Notes: a model not told the origin generated them from the letters alone. Shown: positions 28,667 to 39,565, numbered from the stretch's first letter. The stretch is DNA of 64,000 bases from Pseudomonadota bacterium (GCA_918234285.1 CAKJXZ020000028.1:1-64000), one strand, 5' to 3'. Made by a program: numbers and translations.

Positions 28667-29245
28667 ATGACTCAGATGGAAAACACAACTGAAATTAAAG
28701 AGCAAAATAAAACAACGTCGATGTCGCAAAATCGTATCTTATCTCGTTGGAACAATGCGATTATGCAAATGCTGGTATTGAAAGGGCGAACTTCGCGCTA
28801 CGATTTCTGGGCTTTTCAGTCTGTCAGTCTGATCATATTTTTGTTATTGATTTTATGCGGTCGTTTCTTTGGTGAAGCTAAAATCGTCATCGGCATTTTT
28901 GCACTGTATTTCTTATTGCCGGCAACTACCATAACCGTGCGTCGCTTGCACGATATATCACTATCCGGATGGTGGTGTTTACCGGCGACGGCACTGGCGT
29001 TGCTTGTGTTAGGATTGTGGGGATTCGGCTATACGGCAGGATTACTTTATTTATTAGCTGCCGCAATGATTTATTGTTCGTTTTTATGCTGGATTTTATG
29101 CGGTCGCGGTGTTATCGGGGCCAATAAATACGGCGAAGTTGTCGATGAAGCGGCAGAAAGCAATTTAGACAGCCGTGCGTTTATGTGCTTTATGTTCGCC
29201 TTTTGGTGCGGCATGTGGGCCATCTTTTTGTTGCATATTTGGTAA
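28667..29245 (+). CDS. DUF805 (YhaH-like) membrane protein
   Basis: GRTSRYDFW, VRRLHD and G.NKYG. Confidence 0.88.
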   Translation: MTQMENTTEIKEQNKTTSMSQNRILSRWNNAIMQMLVLKGRTSRYDFWAFQSVSLIIFLLLILCGRFFGEAKIVIGIFALYFLLPATTITVRRLHDISLSGWWCLPATALALLVLGLWGFGYTAGLLYLLAAAMIYCSFLCWILCGRGVIGANKYGEVVDEAAESNLDSRAFMCFMFAFWCGMWAIFLLHIW

Positions 29246-29249
29246 TAAA

Positions 29250-30083
29250 TTAAATCAATTCTGCTAATTTGAGATATTGCTGCGGCGATAAATTTTCGGC
29301 GCGCGCGGTCGGGTCTATATTTACCTGTTCGCAAATTTGTTGCAGATTTGCTACGGATTTCAGACTCTGCCGTAGCATTTTGCGCCGCTGATTAAAGGCC
29401 GCTTCAGTCAGTTTTTCCACTTTTTGCAATATATCTGTCGGAGGAATGGTCTTCAGCGGTTCAAATAAAAGTACGGTTGACCATATTTTCGGCGCTGGTA
29501 CAAAACAGTTAGGATTAAGATTAAACAAAGTCTTTATTTTGCAAGTAAGCTGCGCCATCACCGATATCCGTCCGTAGGTTTTATTGTTCGGTTCGGCCGT
29601 AATGCGCTCGGCAACTTCCTTTTGAAACATCAGGGTTAAACTGGCAAAACTTTGCATATTTTTCAGCCAATTCAGCAACAGCGGCACGGAAATATTATAA
29701 GGCAGATTGCTTATAATATTTTTAACAGCCGCTTTGTCTGTGGTAAAATCATATTTCAGTGCGTCTCCTTCCACAATTTGCAGCTGATTGCCGACAATTT
29801 TTTGAATTTCATGCATAATTTCAATACAACGACTATCCATTTCGATAACCGTCAGTTTTTGCGGATTTGCCTTCAGAATGGCGCGAGTGAGACCACCCGG
29901 TCCCGGACCGATTTCGTAAACGGTTTCGTCTTTAAAATCAGTCTTTCCTTGTGCTTCCAAAGAACAACGAATAATTTTATCGGTTATATTCATGTCCAGC
30001 AAAAAGTTTTGGCCGAGAGACTTTTTGGCCATTAAACCGTATTGCTCGACAGTATCGCGCAGACTTGGCAGTTCGTTTATCAT
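29250..30083 (-). CDS. rsmA: 16S rRNA dimethyladenosine transferase
   Basis: KKSLGQNFL, EIGPGPG, NLPYNI and FNQRRKML. Confidence 0.97.
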   Translation of the reverse strand: MINELPSLRDTVEQYGLMAKKSLGQNFLLDMNITDKIIRCSLEAQGKTDFKDETVYEIGPGPGGLTRAILKANPQKLTVIEMDSRCIEIMHEIQKIVGNQLQIVEGDALKYDFTTDKAAVKNIISNLPYNISVPLLLNWLKNMQSFASLTLMFQKEVAERITAEPNNKTYGRISVMAQLTCKIKTLFNLNPNCFVPAPKIWSTVLLFEPLKTIPPTDILQKVEKLTEAAFNQRRKMLRQSLKSVANLQQICEQVNIDPTARAENLSPQQYLKLAELI

Positions 30084-31279
30084 ATTTTCTTTTCAATCAG
30101 AGCTTTGTTGCGCAAATCACGCATATATTTTATGGAAAATTCTTCCAATTTTTTGTTCTGCAGATAAGCGCGAATTTCCTTTTTGCTCGGGAAAGACTTG
30201 GCATCGCGTTGCGGATCGAAAATTTTATCGAGTTTCAGAATATAATAATCGTTACCGTAAGCTATCGGGTTGGAGACCTCGCCTTCCTTCATTTTATCCA
30301 ATGCTTTTTCAAAAACAGCCGGCAATTTCCCCTTGGTAACCCAGCCCAAACGTCCGCCGTTGGCCGCACTCGGGCTCTGCGAAAATTGTGAAGCATAAAG
30401 TTCAAAACGCGGATCTTGGCGCAACGTTGCCACCAGAGAATTGATTTCTTTGGCATCTTTCTTACTGATAACGATTTCCGAAACCATCTTTTTGTGTTGC
30501 GACATATCCTTTTTAACATCGTCAATGGTGCGATTTATTTCGGATTCGCTGACGGAAATATAACTGTATGCCTTACTGTTAATGAGTTTTTTCCAGGCAA
30601 TATCTGCTTCTATTTGCGTTGCCCACACTTTCATACTGACATTGGCCTCGGCTAAGATTTTACGCAGTTCTCCGGCCGGCAGTCCGTTGCCTTGTTCAAA
30701 AGCTTCAACCGCTTTATTTATTTCGTGTGAGGTCACGCGAATTTTATTCTTTTTAGCCTCCTGCAACTTGAGCTTTTCATCAATCGCTCCTTGCAAAACA
30801 CGGTCGGTTATCATTTTTTTTGTTTGCGCATTATACGGAATACCGGTAGTCAGAATAAACGCATTGATACGGCTTTGCATATCACTGCTCGAAATAACTT
30901 CACCGTTTACCAATGCAAATATTTTGAGCTTGTTGCCGTACAAGGTAATCGGCCGCAGAGCCTGCTGACGGCGACGTTCCGCTTCTTCCGCCGCACGCAT
31001 TTGTGCTTCGTATTGCGCTTGGCGTCGTGCCATTTCTTCTTGTTGTTTGGCGTATTCTTCGGTACGCTTGCGCATAATTTCGCGTTGCTTAGCAACTTCT
31101 TCTTTTTGCTCATCGGTCAGCATATTATATTGCTCGGCATTACGACGGAACATAATGGAATTGGTGCTCGGCTGAGATGCACGCGATTCCGTATCGATTT
31201 CTTTTAAATTGACATCTTCTGCTTTCACTGCGGAAATACAGGTAAAAAATACTGCAAAAAAGATTATTGTTTTTTTCAT
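30080..31279 (-). CDS. surA: SurA-like peptidyl-prolyl isomerase
   Basis: ALVNGEVIS; rotamase F...A.QFSQ.PSA.NGG.LGW; lies between lptD and rsmA. Confidence 0.85.
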   Translation of the reverse strand: MKKTIIFFAVFFTCISAVKAEDVNLKEIDTESRASQPSTNSIMFRRNAEQYNMLTDEQKEEVAKQREIMRKRTEEYAKQQEEMARRQAQYEAQMRAAEEAERRRQQALRPITLYGNKLKIFALVNGEVISSSDMQSRINAFILTTGIPYNAQTKKMITDRVLQGAIDEKLKLQEAKKNKIRVTSHEINKAVEAFEQGNGLPAGELRKILAEANVSMKVWATQIEADIAWKKLINSKAYSYISVSESEINRTIDDVKKDMSQHKKMVSEIVISKKDAKEINSLVATLRQDPRFELYASQFSQSPSAANGGRLGWVTKGKLPAVFEKALDKMKEGEVSNPIAYGNDYYILKLDKIFDPQRDAKSFPSKKEIRAYLQNKKLEEFSIKYMRDLRNKALIEKKI

Positions 31280-31293
31280 TTTCTCTCCTATTT

Positions 31294-33597
31294 TTATGAA
31301 CCGAAACCGCCTACGGTTTTCAAATAAAATGTCATGCCGAACTCATAATCGTTATCTAAGTTCGGGTTACTGGTGTTATATTTTTTGAAGATCAAATTCC
31401 AGGTGAAGCACTCATCATCATAAGTAACCGTTCCACCATGTTCCAGACGCCCGCGCCGTCTCTTGGTTAAATCTTCCAGATTATAAATGGATACTTTCCA
31501 ACTTTCCGTAATCTCGGAGCTGAGCGAGGTATAGAGCTCTTTACGTTCCGAATATCTGTCAATGTAATGCGTATTACCTTGTAAAAAGATATAAGAAACA
31601 TTCAATTTTAACAGCGCCGGTCCGACATTTGCCCCCAACTCACTGTATTTAGCGTTTAAATTATTTTTATCAAGACGAAAACGATAGTTAAAGTCCAAAT
31701 ATTTGTTCGGAGCAGCATTGATGCGTCCGACCAAATCGCTGAAATGCGTGGCATCCTGATTATCCAGTCCCTGAATAAAACTGGCATGTCGGTTGCGTTC
31801 AAAACTCTGTGCAACAAAGGCAGATGTTCGACCGAAGAAGTTGCCGTAAGAACTCCAACGCAAACCATAACTGACGCGGCTGCCAGTATCGTTACGATCG
31901 TATCCGGCATAGCGATCCAAATCCAAAACGTTGGTGTCATCCAAATAAACGTCTTCACTGTCTTCATTTGGAATTTTTTCAACTTTGTTGCCGCCGTCCG
32001 GAGAAACCACACCGACGACTACCGGCTCGACTATTTGTCGCGAAGTCGAAGTTGCTCTGACAAAAGGCAGATGCCATTCCACACCGGCTTGCGGAAAGAA
32101 CCGTGCCGTGGTGCCGGTATAACTTTGCGGATTGCTGTATTGGTAGCGATTGATATAATATACATCCGACTTAAGGGAAGTAACAAAGCGATATTTATCG
32201 CCAAAGGCGGTGGTAAGCGGCAGTTCCCATGCGTTGATGGAGGTCACTCGTTGGGTTTGCGAACCGTTTTGATGATAAACCGAGGCGGTGCTGAAGTCAT
32301 TTTTCAAATATGAACCCCATTGCAGCGGATCCGAATAAAATTCCGCTTCAATCAACGGTGCCACAATCGGTTTGCGCTTATTTAACGCGTCAAATTGACG
32401 CACGTTGCGTTGGTGCAGATTATAGCTGAGAATTTTGTAGTAATATGCCTCTATCGAAGCATAATCACGGCCCGAAAATCGTTCGAATTTAACATCAGAA
32501 ACAAGCCAAGCATCATCCTGATACGGCAAATCCATATCCTTCAGGTAGACGTAATCGGAGACGTATTTCAGATTATACAATAAACGCCAATTATCGTTGA
32601 TATCGGTTAAACCGTCGGCAAAAACATTTCCGCGGTGCTTCGGGCGACGCTTGGAAGTGTTGCTGTTTTTATCCGGTTTATCTTCTAAATAAGAACCGCT
32701 GACGTTTATGTACGAGTTATAAAAATAATGCGAAAAACTGCCGGCCCACACCATGTCCTTTTCGGTGGAATAAATCGGTGAGAACAAAATGTTGGTATGA
32801 TCATCTACCGCCCAGAAAAAACGCGGTTGAAAATAAGCATCCAAATAGTTGGAACTTCCGATAGTCGGCGCCAACAAACCGGTGCGTCGCTTTACCGTAG
32901 GGTCCGGGTGCGTCATAAACGGCGTGTAGAAGAACGGAAGATATTTAAAATAAACCAAGGCATGGTTATAATAAACGTTTTTATCATCTTCCTGGTGTTG
33001 CACTTTTTTGGCACTGATATGCCACAACGGGCTTTTACCTTCGCAGATATCGCAAGCGGTGTAAGTAGCATTACGCATAACTTTGGTATGATTGTTCTTT
33101 TTTACGAAATATTCGGCCGTAACGTGCGATTTATCTTTCATCAAAACCTTAACATTATTCATGGCGCCGACCGACATATTATCCGATAGAGAAACGAGGT
33201 CGCTGTCGATTACGGCACCATCGGCCGTATACATTTTTACGTTGCCGATTGCCGTCAGAGTATCTGCATTTTGGTCGTAGACAATTTTATCGGTAGTCAT
33301 ACGCATACCGTTATATAAAACTTCGACGTTGCCGCGAGCGGTGATAATTTGTGCCTCGTCATCATTAATCATTTCGTCGGCGGAGAAATCTATGGCATCA
33401 TCGCCTTCGTCAGACGAAGCATCGTCGGAGGCAACGGTACCGATGTTTGTAATATTGTTTGTAACATATAAAGTAGCACCGGGGGTCTTCTTTTCCTGGC
33501 GCATAATTTCTCCCGCCTCGGTTACTGCCAACGCCGGCAAACCCGCAAGCATCAAAACGGATAAAATAATCATAAAGTTACGTTTATTTATCTGCAT
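31294..33597 (-). CDS. lptD: LPS assembly protein LptD
   Basis: OstA-like N-terminus, YTACD.C...P.W, HPDPTVKR.TGLL.P, C-terminal YDDECF...LKTVG. Confidence 0.93.
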   Translation of the reverse strand: MQINKRNFMIILSVLMLAGLPALAVTEAGEIMRQEKKTPGATLYVTNNITNIGTVASDDASSDEGDDAIDFSADEMINDDEAQIITARGNVEVLYNGMRMTTDKIVYDQNADTLTAIGNVKMYTADGAVIDSDLVSLSDNMSVGAMNNVKVLMKDKSHVTAEYFVKKNNHTKVMRNATYTACDICEGKSPLWHISAKKVQHQEDDKNVYYNHALVYFKYLPFFYTPFMTHPDPTVKRRTGLLAPTIGSSNYLDAYFQPRFFWAVDDHTNILFSPIYSTEKDMVWAGSFSHYFYNSYINVSGSYLEDKPDKNSNTSKRRPKHRGNVFADGLTDINDNWRLLYNLKYVSDYVYLKDMDLPYQDDAWLVSDVKFERFSGRDYASIEAYYYKILSYNLHQRNVRQFDALNKRKPIVAPLIEAEFYSDPLQWGSYLKNDFSTASVYHQNGSQTQRVTSINAWELPLTTAFGDKYRFVTSLKSDVYYINRYQYSNPQSYTGTTARFFPQAGVEWHLPFVRATSTSRQIVEPVVVGVVSPDGGNKVEKIPNEDSEDVYLDDTNVLDLDRYAGYDRNDTGSRVSYGLRWSSYGNFFGRTSAFVAQSFERNRHASFIQGLDNQDATHFSDLVGRINAAPNKYLDFNYRFRLDKNNLNAKYSELGANVGPALLKLNVSYIFLQGNTHYIDRYSERKELYTSLSSEITESWKVSIYNLEDLTKRRRGRLEHGGTVTYDDECFTWNLIFKKYNTSNPNLDNDYEFGMTFYLKTVGGFGS

Positions 33598-34717
33598 ATT
33601 TCAAATCCTTAACAGTGCCGCGGCGATAGAAATAGAAAGGGTTGTAAAACAACAACAGATAAAGACAAATCAAAAACGGCAGAATACAGTTGGCATAAAG
33701 TATCGGCACAAAATAGAGCGAGCGACCGGCCAGATTGGTCAGAGCCAAATCATTACCGACAACCAAAATCATGCAAACAATTTCAACGGCGATAACTTTG
33801 GTCTGGCCGCGGCGGTTGAAGTTGCTGATTAAAAGGCCGGTACAGGCAATCAGCGCTAAAACCATATTGAAAAACGGATACAAAACCCGACGATGTCCTT
33901 CAACCACGAATTTACGCACATCTTGCGGTGACAAAGTTTTATCGTCGGCAGCATTTATCAATTCGGAGAAACTTTTTTCACGCACGGTTTGTGCTTTGCG
34001 CTTGGCTCCGCTGCCGCTGTTGAAATCCGCTGAATAACGTGAGAATGATAACACGTTGAATTTAAATGTTTTTTTGTTCATTTCCTGACGGATACCGTTG
34101 ATAAATAAAATCCGCGGCCCCTTGTCGGTTTGAATCATTCGGCCTTTTTCTGCCGTCAACGTAACTTTTACATCCGGCTTGCTTTCATCACTGACGAAAA
34201 TACCGGTAACCGAACCGTCGTTTTCGTGCTTATCAATAAAAACCGTAATTCCGTTGCTCAACGAGGTAAACTCGCCCTCGCGGAACACTGCCTGCGTCAG
34301 ATTGTTTTTAACTTGCCACTCCAATTCGCGGAATTTTTGCTCGGCTTGCGGGATACCGAAATTCATCACGTAGATACCGAATAACGACAACATAAAGCCG
34401 ACCACGAGCGAGGCCTGTGCGTTTTTCCACGGGCTTATGCCGGATGACTGCATAACTACCAATTCGCGATCGGCAATCATACGGTTATATACAAACAAAA
34501 CGGCGACAAACAGTGCAATCGGTGACAATACGTTGAAAATGCGCGGCATTAAAAGCGAGGTCATCTGTACAAACAAATAAACCGGAAGCCCTTGACGCGT
34601 AACCATTTCTACAAAACGAAGCGACTGCGTCAACCACAACATGGCCAAAAGCGACAGGGCAATCAACAAAAAGCCGACAACGATTTGTTTGGCAATATAT
34701 CTGTTCAATATTCTCAT
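33584..34717 (-). CDS. lptF: LPS export permease LptF
   Basis: ILNRYI, WLTQSLRF, DRELVVMQSSG.SP and EGEF. Confidence 0.88.
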   Translation of the reverse strand: MRILNRYIAKQIVVGFLLIALSLLAMLWLTQSLRFVEMVTRQGLPVYLFVQMTSLLMPRIFNVLSPIALFVAVLFVYNRMIADRELVVMQSSGISPWKNAQASLVVGFMLSLFGIYVMNFGIPQAEQKFRELEWQVKNNLTQAVFREGEFTSLSNGITVFIDKHENDGSVTGIFVSDESKPDVKVTLTAEKGRMIQTDKGPRILFINGIRQEMNKKTFKFNVLSFSRYSADFNSGSGAKRKAQTVREKSFSELINAADDKTLSPQDVRKFVVEGHRRVLYPFFNMVLALIACTGLLISNFNRRGQTKVIAVEIVCMILVVGNDLALTNLAGRSLYFVPILYANCILPFLICLYLLLFYNPFYFYRRGTVKDLKYADK

Positions 34718-34826
34718 ACGCGGGATTATAGCGGCATATTTTGCAGAATAAAATAAATATTTGCAAGATATACCACGTAAAATGAGCGCAAAAATCGCCA
34801 TATTTTATGGAAGAAACGGTTCAAAA

Positions 34827-35405
34827 TTATTTTTTGCCGCCTTTGGTGACGATAACCATGGCCTCGCGCAGAATACGGTCATTTATCAAATATCCGGATT
34901 GCAACTCGGCAATAACCGTTCCCGCCGGCTTGGAAGGGTCTTCGACTTCCTGTACAACCTGCTCAAAGTTAGGGTCAAAAACTTTATCTAAACTTTCGAT
35001 TTTTTTGATTCCGAACTTGGCAAAAACTTTGGAAAGTTCGTTTTGCGTCATTTCCACACCTTCCAACAGAGAACGGCACTGTTCTTTTTGTTCATCATTT
35101 ACGGAAGTGATCGCACGATGCAGATTATCGGCCACGGTCAACAAATCTTTGGCAAAGGCAGACAGGGCGAATTTGGCATTTTTCTCGATTTCCTGCTGAC
35201 AGCGTTTTTTCACGTTTTCGGATTCGGCGCAAGCGCGTAAATAGGCATCTTTAAGCTTGGCATTTTCCTCAGCCAAAACGGCCAGTTCATCTTCAGGTTG
35301 TTCGGTATCTTCAGTATTTTCAGTATCTTCCTCAGCCTGATTTAGCTCGATTTCCGGCTCCTCGTCTCCAATCTCCGGCTTTCTGAATTTTTTATCTTTA
35401 GTCAT
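34827..35405 (-). CDS. grpE: Nucleotide exchange factor GrpE
   Basis: LRA.AE.EN..KR, FAKDLL.VADNL, FDPN and GYLINDRILR.AMV.V. Confidence 0.97.
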   Translation of the reverse strand: MTKDKKFRKPEIGDEEPEIELNQAEEDTENTEDTEQPEDELAVLAEENAKLKDAYLRACAESENVKKRCQQEIEKNAKFALSAFAKDLLTVADNLHRAITSVNDEQKEQCRSLLEGVEMTQNELSKVFAKFGIKKIESLDKVFDPNFEQVVQEVEDPSKPAGTVIAELQSGYLINDRILREAMVIVTKGGKK

Positions 35406-35558
35406 AATTTTCCTCTGTAAAAAAACAACATATCGTATATCATAAAACTTAGTGGTTAATATTTCATAAGTCAAGAGCCGTTTTTTTTGTTGAAGGTTAT
35501 AAAGAAAAGGTATATATTGATTCGCAATAACATAATTTGGGATGTGGAAAGGCAGAAT

Positions 35559-37592
35559 ATGTGTGCAGTTGTTATCGGTTCGGGACGGAAAGTTTTTGAA
35601 TATTTACCGACGAATTTTAATAAGAAAAAATATATAATAAATTACGGTGTCCCGAAAAATGACATTCTTGCAGAAATTCAGAGTATGGCCAAAAAACAGT
35701 GTCTGAACAATACCGAGTGGCCGCAGATAGATAAAATCAACGCCTGGATGATAAGTGCCGAAACCGCAACGTTTATGAAATGCGGCGGGTTAGGGATGGT
35801 GGCTTCCGAACTGCCGGAAAATTTCAATACCGTGTTCGGTAAAGAAGGTCATTCCGTCAGCATTATTACTCCGATGTATTTGGGCGATACCGGCAAGAAA
35901 AAAGCCGAGTTGATTGACGGCGTGTATTACGGTGCCGAGGGCAGATCGGTGCCGGTTAAGTTGATTAAAAATATAAAAATGTTGTTTGCCGGCAAATATA
36001 AATTGCGCAGTTTTGATATTGAAATATATGAAGGTAAATTTAACGGCGTAACTTATTACTTTGTGCGCAACGACAGATTTTTCGGGATTAATCCGGCTCC
36101 GGAAAATCCTTCGGGACAAACCGGATGCTATGTATTGAACGCGGATAACGTCGACGAGGTTGAGCGTTTTGCCTTCTTTTCTAAGGTGGTATATACCATG
36201 TTGGAAACAGCTTTGTCTGCCAAAAACAAAGAATGGGTTTTGCCTAACATCTTAATAGCCAACGATTGGCACAGCGGCGCACTTTCCGGCTTAACCAAAT
36301 ATCTGACTCTGGCCAAAGTGTTTATCGGTAAAATGACACGCGAAAATGCCGATAAAATCAAAAACATCCCGATTATTCACATTGCTCACCACATGGGGTA
36401 TCAGGGCTGGGACTATAACAATACCTCGCGCATACTTAATTCGCTGTATGAAGATTTGGCAACTTTGGTTTTGAAAAATGCCAAGGCAGTCAAAAACAGC
36501 AATGCACGCACGCAAAACACGTTGATTGTCAGTGATACCTATAATCAGGCTTCGGGCAATATGCATCTGGCCGACCGTATCATTACAGTTTCCAAAAATT
36601 ATATGGAAGAAGTTTCCAACGAAAAAAGTTTCGGTTTCGATTTTCGCGATATTTTGAAGATTCGCAAAAACTATCGTACGTTTTTCGGGATTGTCAACGG
36701 TTATGAAAAACGCCTGATTTCGCCAAACAAACAAAAAATCAGCGAAATAAACGACTTTTTCAAAATTACGGACTTTAAGTTTTATGATGAAAAAAGTCTG
36801 AACGTTAAATTACACAATAAGCGTGAATGTATGAAGCTGCTTTCGCGTTTGGCTACCGATGCCGAATACAAAGATAAAACCATTCCGTTGGTTGACTTGT
36901 ATAAGTTTGACGATATTGCTTCGCTAATCGGCGAAGTGGATAGAATCCCGATTATCTGTATGACCAGCCGTATGGTGGAGCAAAAGGGTTACGATATGGC
37001 TATTCACGCGATTTTGCATATTATCGACCGTTATAAAAATTCGCCGGATAATTTCCCGATTTTCATCTTAGGCGGCGCCGGCAATAAAGATTTGTACAGC
37101 GACTTGATGATGCTCAAAGATAATGCCAAGCAAATGTTCCGCGATTTTGCCAAACGTATTTTTGTGTTCCGCGGCTATAAAGACGAGTTCGCCTATTCGG
37201 TGCAACTGGCGGCCGATTTTTATATGATGCCGTCGTATTTTGAACCATGCGGATTGACACAGATGGAGGCGATGGCCAAAGGTACCTTGCCGATTGCCAC
37301 TTCTACCGGCGGTTTGGTTGATACCATAAATGACGGGGTTGACGGTTTTCGTACGGAAGCATTTTTTGCCGGCAAAGAAAAAATTTACGGCAGTAATGCG
37401 GCGGCGCAACATCTGCAAAACAACTTAAATGCATATGAGGCGGTGTTGGATAAGGCGATTCGCTGTTATTATACGGCGCCGGAAATTATGCATAAAATGC
37501 AACAGCAAGCCATGCGTGACGATTTCAGCTGGTCCTGTGACGGCGGCTCCGTATACAAATATTATAATCTGTTTAAAACCGGTATGATTTAG
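35559..37592 (+). CDS. glgA: Glycogen/starch synthase (GT5), enlarged
   Basis: SAE...MKCGGLG, ANDWHS, GIVNG, SRMVEQKG, MMPSYFEPCGLTQMEAM and TGGLVDT. Confidence 0.85.
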   Translation: MCAVVIGSGRKVFEYLPTNFNKKKYIINYGVPKNDILAEIQSMAKKQCLNNTEWPQIDKINAWMISAETATFMKCGGLGMVASELPENFNTVFGKEGHSVSIITPMYLGDTGKKKAELIDGVYYGAEGRSVPVKLIKNIKMLFAGKYKLRSFDIEIYEGKFNGVTYYFVRNDRFFGINPAPENPSGQTGCYVLNADNVDEVERFAFFSKVVYTMLETALSAKNKEWVLPNILIANDWHSGALSGLTKYLTLAKVFIGKMTRENADKIKNIPIIHIAHHMGYQGWDYNNTSRILNSLYEDLATLVLKNAKAVKNSNARTQNTLIVSDTYNQASGNMHLADRIITVSKNYMEEVSNEKSFGFDFRDILKIRKNYRTFFGIVNGYEKRLISPNKQKISEINDFFKITDFKFYDEKSLNVKLHNKRECMKLLSRLATDAEYKDKTIPLVDLYKFDDIASLIGEVDRIPIICMTSRMVEQKGYDMAIHAILHIIDRYKNSPDNFPIFILGGAGNKDLYSDLMMLKDNAKQMFRDFAKRIFVFRGYKDEFAYSVQLAADFYMMPSYFEPCGLTQMEAMAKGTLPIATSTGGLVDTINDGVDGFRTEAFFAGKEKIYGSNAAAQHLQNNLNAYEAVLDKAIRCYYTAPEIMHKMQQQAMRDDFSWSCDGGSVYKYYNLFKTGMI

Positions 37593-38113
37593 AATTTAAC
37601 CAGCGAATAAACATCGGCAAAAGGCAACAGCTTATCCCGCCCTTTGAGTGCGACCAATTCAATCGCAAAAGCAAAAGAAACGATGTCGGCACCGAGACGC
37701 TCGACCAATTTGGCCGCAGCTTCGGCCGTGCCGCCGATGGCAACCAAATCATCGACAATTATTACACGGTCTCCTTCTTTCAACGCGTCTTTATGAATTT
37801 CGAGTTTATCCGTGCCGTATTCCAAAGCATACTCCTCGGCGATTGTATCCGCCGGCAGCTTTCCCGGTTTGCGCACCGGTATAAATCCGCAGCCGAGTTG
37901 ATACGCCAATACCGCGCCGAAGATAAATCCGCGAGCATCAATCCCAACCACATAATCGATTTTTTTATTACTGAAATGCACCGTCATCATGTCGATGATT
38001 TCCTTAAAAATCTGCGGATTTTTCATTGCGGTGGTAATATCTTTGAATTGCACTCCCGGTTTTGGATAATCCGGAATGTTGCGAATGGATTTTTCTATAT
38101 CGGTCAAACTCAT
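37589..38113 (-). CDS. apt: Adenine phosphoribosyltransferase
   Basis: PDYPKPGVQFKDIT, RKPGKLP, YALEYG and VDDLVAIGGT. Confidence 0.97.
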   Translation of the reverse strand: MSLTDIEKSIRNIPDYPKPGVQFKDITTAMKNPQIFKEIIDMMTVHFSNKKIDYVVGIDARGFIFGAVLAYQLGCGFIPVRKPGKLPADTIAEEYALEYGTDKLEIHKDALKEGDRVIIVDDLVAIGGTAEAAAKLVERLGADIVSFAFAIELVALKGRDKLLPFADVYSLVKF

Positions 38114-38262
38114 TTTTTACTTTCTCCGCTGCAGGTAAACACATATTGTTTATAGAACATTTGCAAAAAAATTCAAGCGGATATTTTTTAATATAATCAC
38201 TTTATAAAACGCTTGCATTTTGTGTTACAATATGTTATCTTGACAAAAAAGGAGGAAACGGA

Positions 38263-39483
38263 GTGAATTCGGGATATAAAGCATTTATAGCAATAACTTT
38301 AGCTACTGTTGCCATAATCAAAACCAAGGCGCAGACGGATTCTTTTGAGAATTCTAAAGACAGTATTTGTCTGACTTCGGCACTTGTGAAGCATCCGGAT
38401 ATTGAGAATGCAGCACAAGATACGACGGTTACGATTGAGGCTGAGGATTTTGCAAAATTCCTGATGAATAAAGACAATGGAAAGGAAAATGAAGAAGAAG
38501 CCGAAACTCCGTGGAAAGATACTCCGAGGGGAAAAGAGATTATCACCACTTGGGAACGCATAAGCAAACAAGATGGTAATTACAGCGAAATTACCGAAGA
38601 CGATATCACAAATTTGCAGGAAATCGACAATACCAGCCATTTTGCAATAGCATTGGCCGAAGGTCTCAAAAACTATATTATGGACGGCGAAGATATGCTG
38701 CGCTCAAATACAGATAGTTTAGGTCTGGAATTGGAGAGATCTGCTAAAATGGAAGCTAACGGACCGGGAAACAGGTGTTACAGATGGATTAAGCATATTT
38801 TGTCGGGTACAAATCCGATTGCTTGGCTTGACGGAGATTCTGCTTACGAGGCGGAGAAATACTTAGATGAAAGCCCGAATGTGGTAAAAACCAAAACGAT
38901 ATTTAAAAATATGGATAAACTTATCCCCGGCGGTATAGCCGTTTTTGGCAGAGGCCCCGGTGCAATTAACGGGCATATTTTGATTGGTGGCAAAGGCCCG
39001 TTGAAACAGATTGAGAGCTACATAACCGATTGGGGCAGAGAATATTTATATAATCCGGCGCGCGACATTTCCGATGTTAATCGCAATGCCAACACTTCCG
39101 GTACTCGTAACAGAGGACGCGGACACTATAATCCGGAGCCGAGGATTTACTATACGGCAAATTCCACACTTTCCGGTGTAACGATTCTGAAAATCGGCTA
39201 TCAGTACGCCAAAGAAAAAATGTCAAGGCTGTTTGTTTCAACTCAAGACGTATTTGACGCCGTTATGCAAATAAATCAAAAATCTGCCGAATTGTGGGCT
39301 CATAAAGTTCTGAAAGAAAAAGAAAAAATTGACGGTTTTAACCAATTTAAAGGACAAACCGCGTATTACGAATATCCGGCTACCCGTCCTGCCAATCCGC
39401 GCGGTGTCAGATATACTAAAGCCAAAACTCCGACTACTTTGCCGCTGATTAATCGTGCTCGTGGCGGCAATCGCAGAATGTAA
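38263..39483 (+). CDS. Orphan protein with a putative CHAP/NlpC-P60-like Cys-His amidase domain
   Basis: N-terminal hydrophobic segment; GNRCYRWIK...SAY...PGGIAVF...NGHILIG; Arg-rich tail. Confidence 0.6.
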   Translation: MNSGYKAFIAITLATVAIIKTKAQTDSFENSKDSICLTSALVKHPDIENAAQDTTVTIEAEDFAKFLMNKDNGKENEEEAETPWKDTPRGKEIITTWERISKQDGNYSEITEDDITNLQEIDNTSHFAIALAEGLKNYIMDGEDMLRSNTDSLGLELERSAKMEANGPGNRCYRWIKHILSGTNPIAWLDGDSAYEAEKYLDESPNVVKTKTIFKNMDKLIPGGIAVFGRGPGAINGHILIGGKGPLKQIESYITDWGREYLYNPARDISDVNRNANTSGTRNRGRGHYNPEPRIYYTANSTLSGVTILKIGYQYAKEKMSRLFVSTQDVFDAVMQINQKSAELWAHKVLKEKEKIDGFNQFKGQTAYYEYPATRPANPRGVRYTKAKTPTTLPLINRARGGNRRM

Positions 39484-39565
39484 ACAAAATAATCATATTC
39501 GCATCTTGTCAATCATAAAACAAAAACTATATCTTTGTTAGAGTAATTTAACAAGGGGAGTTGTT

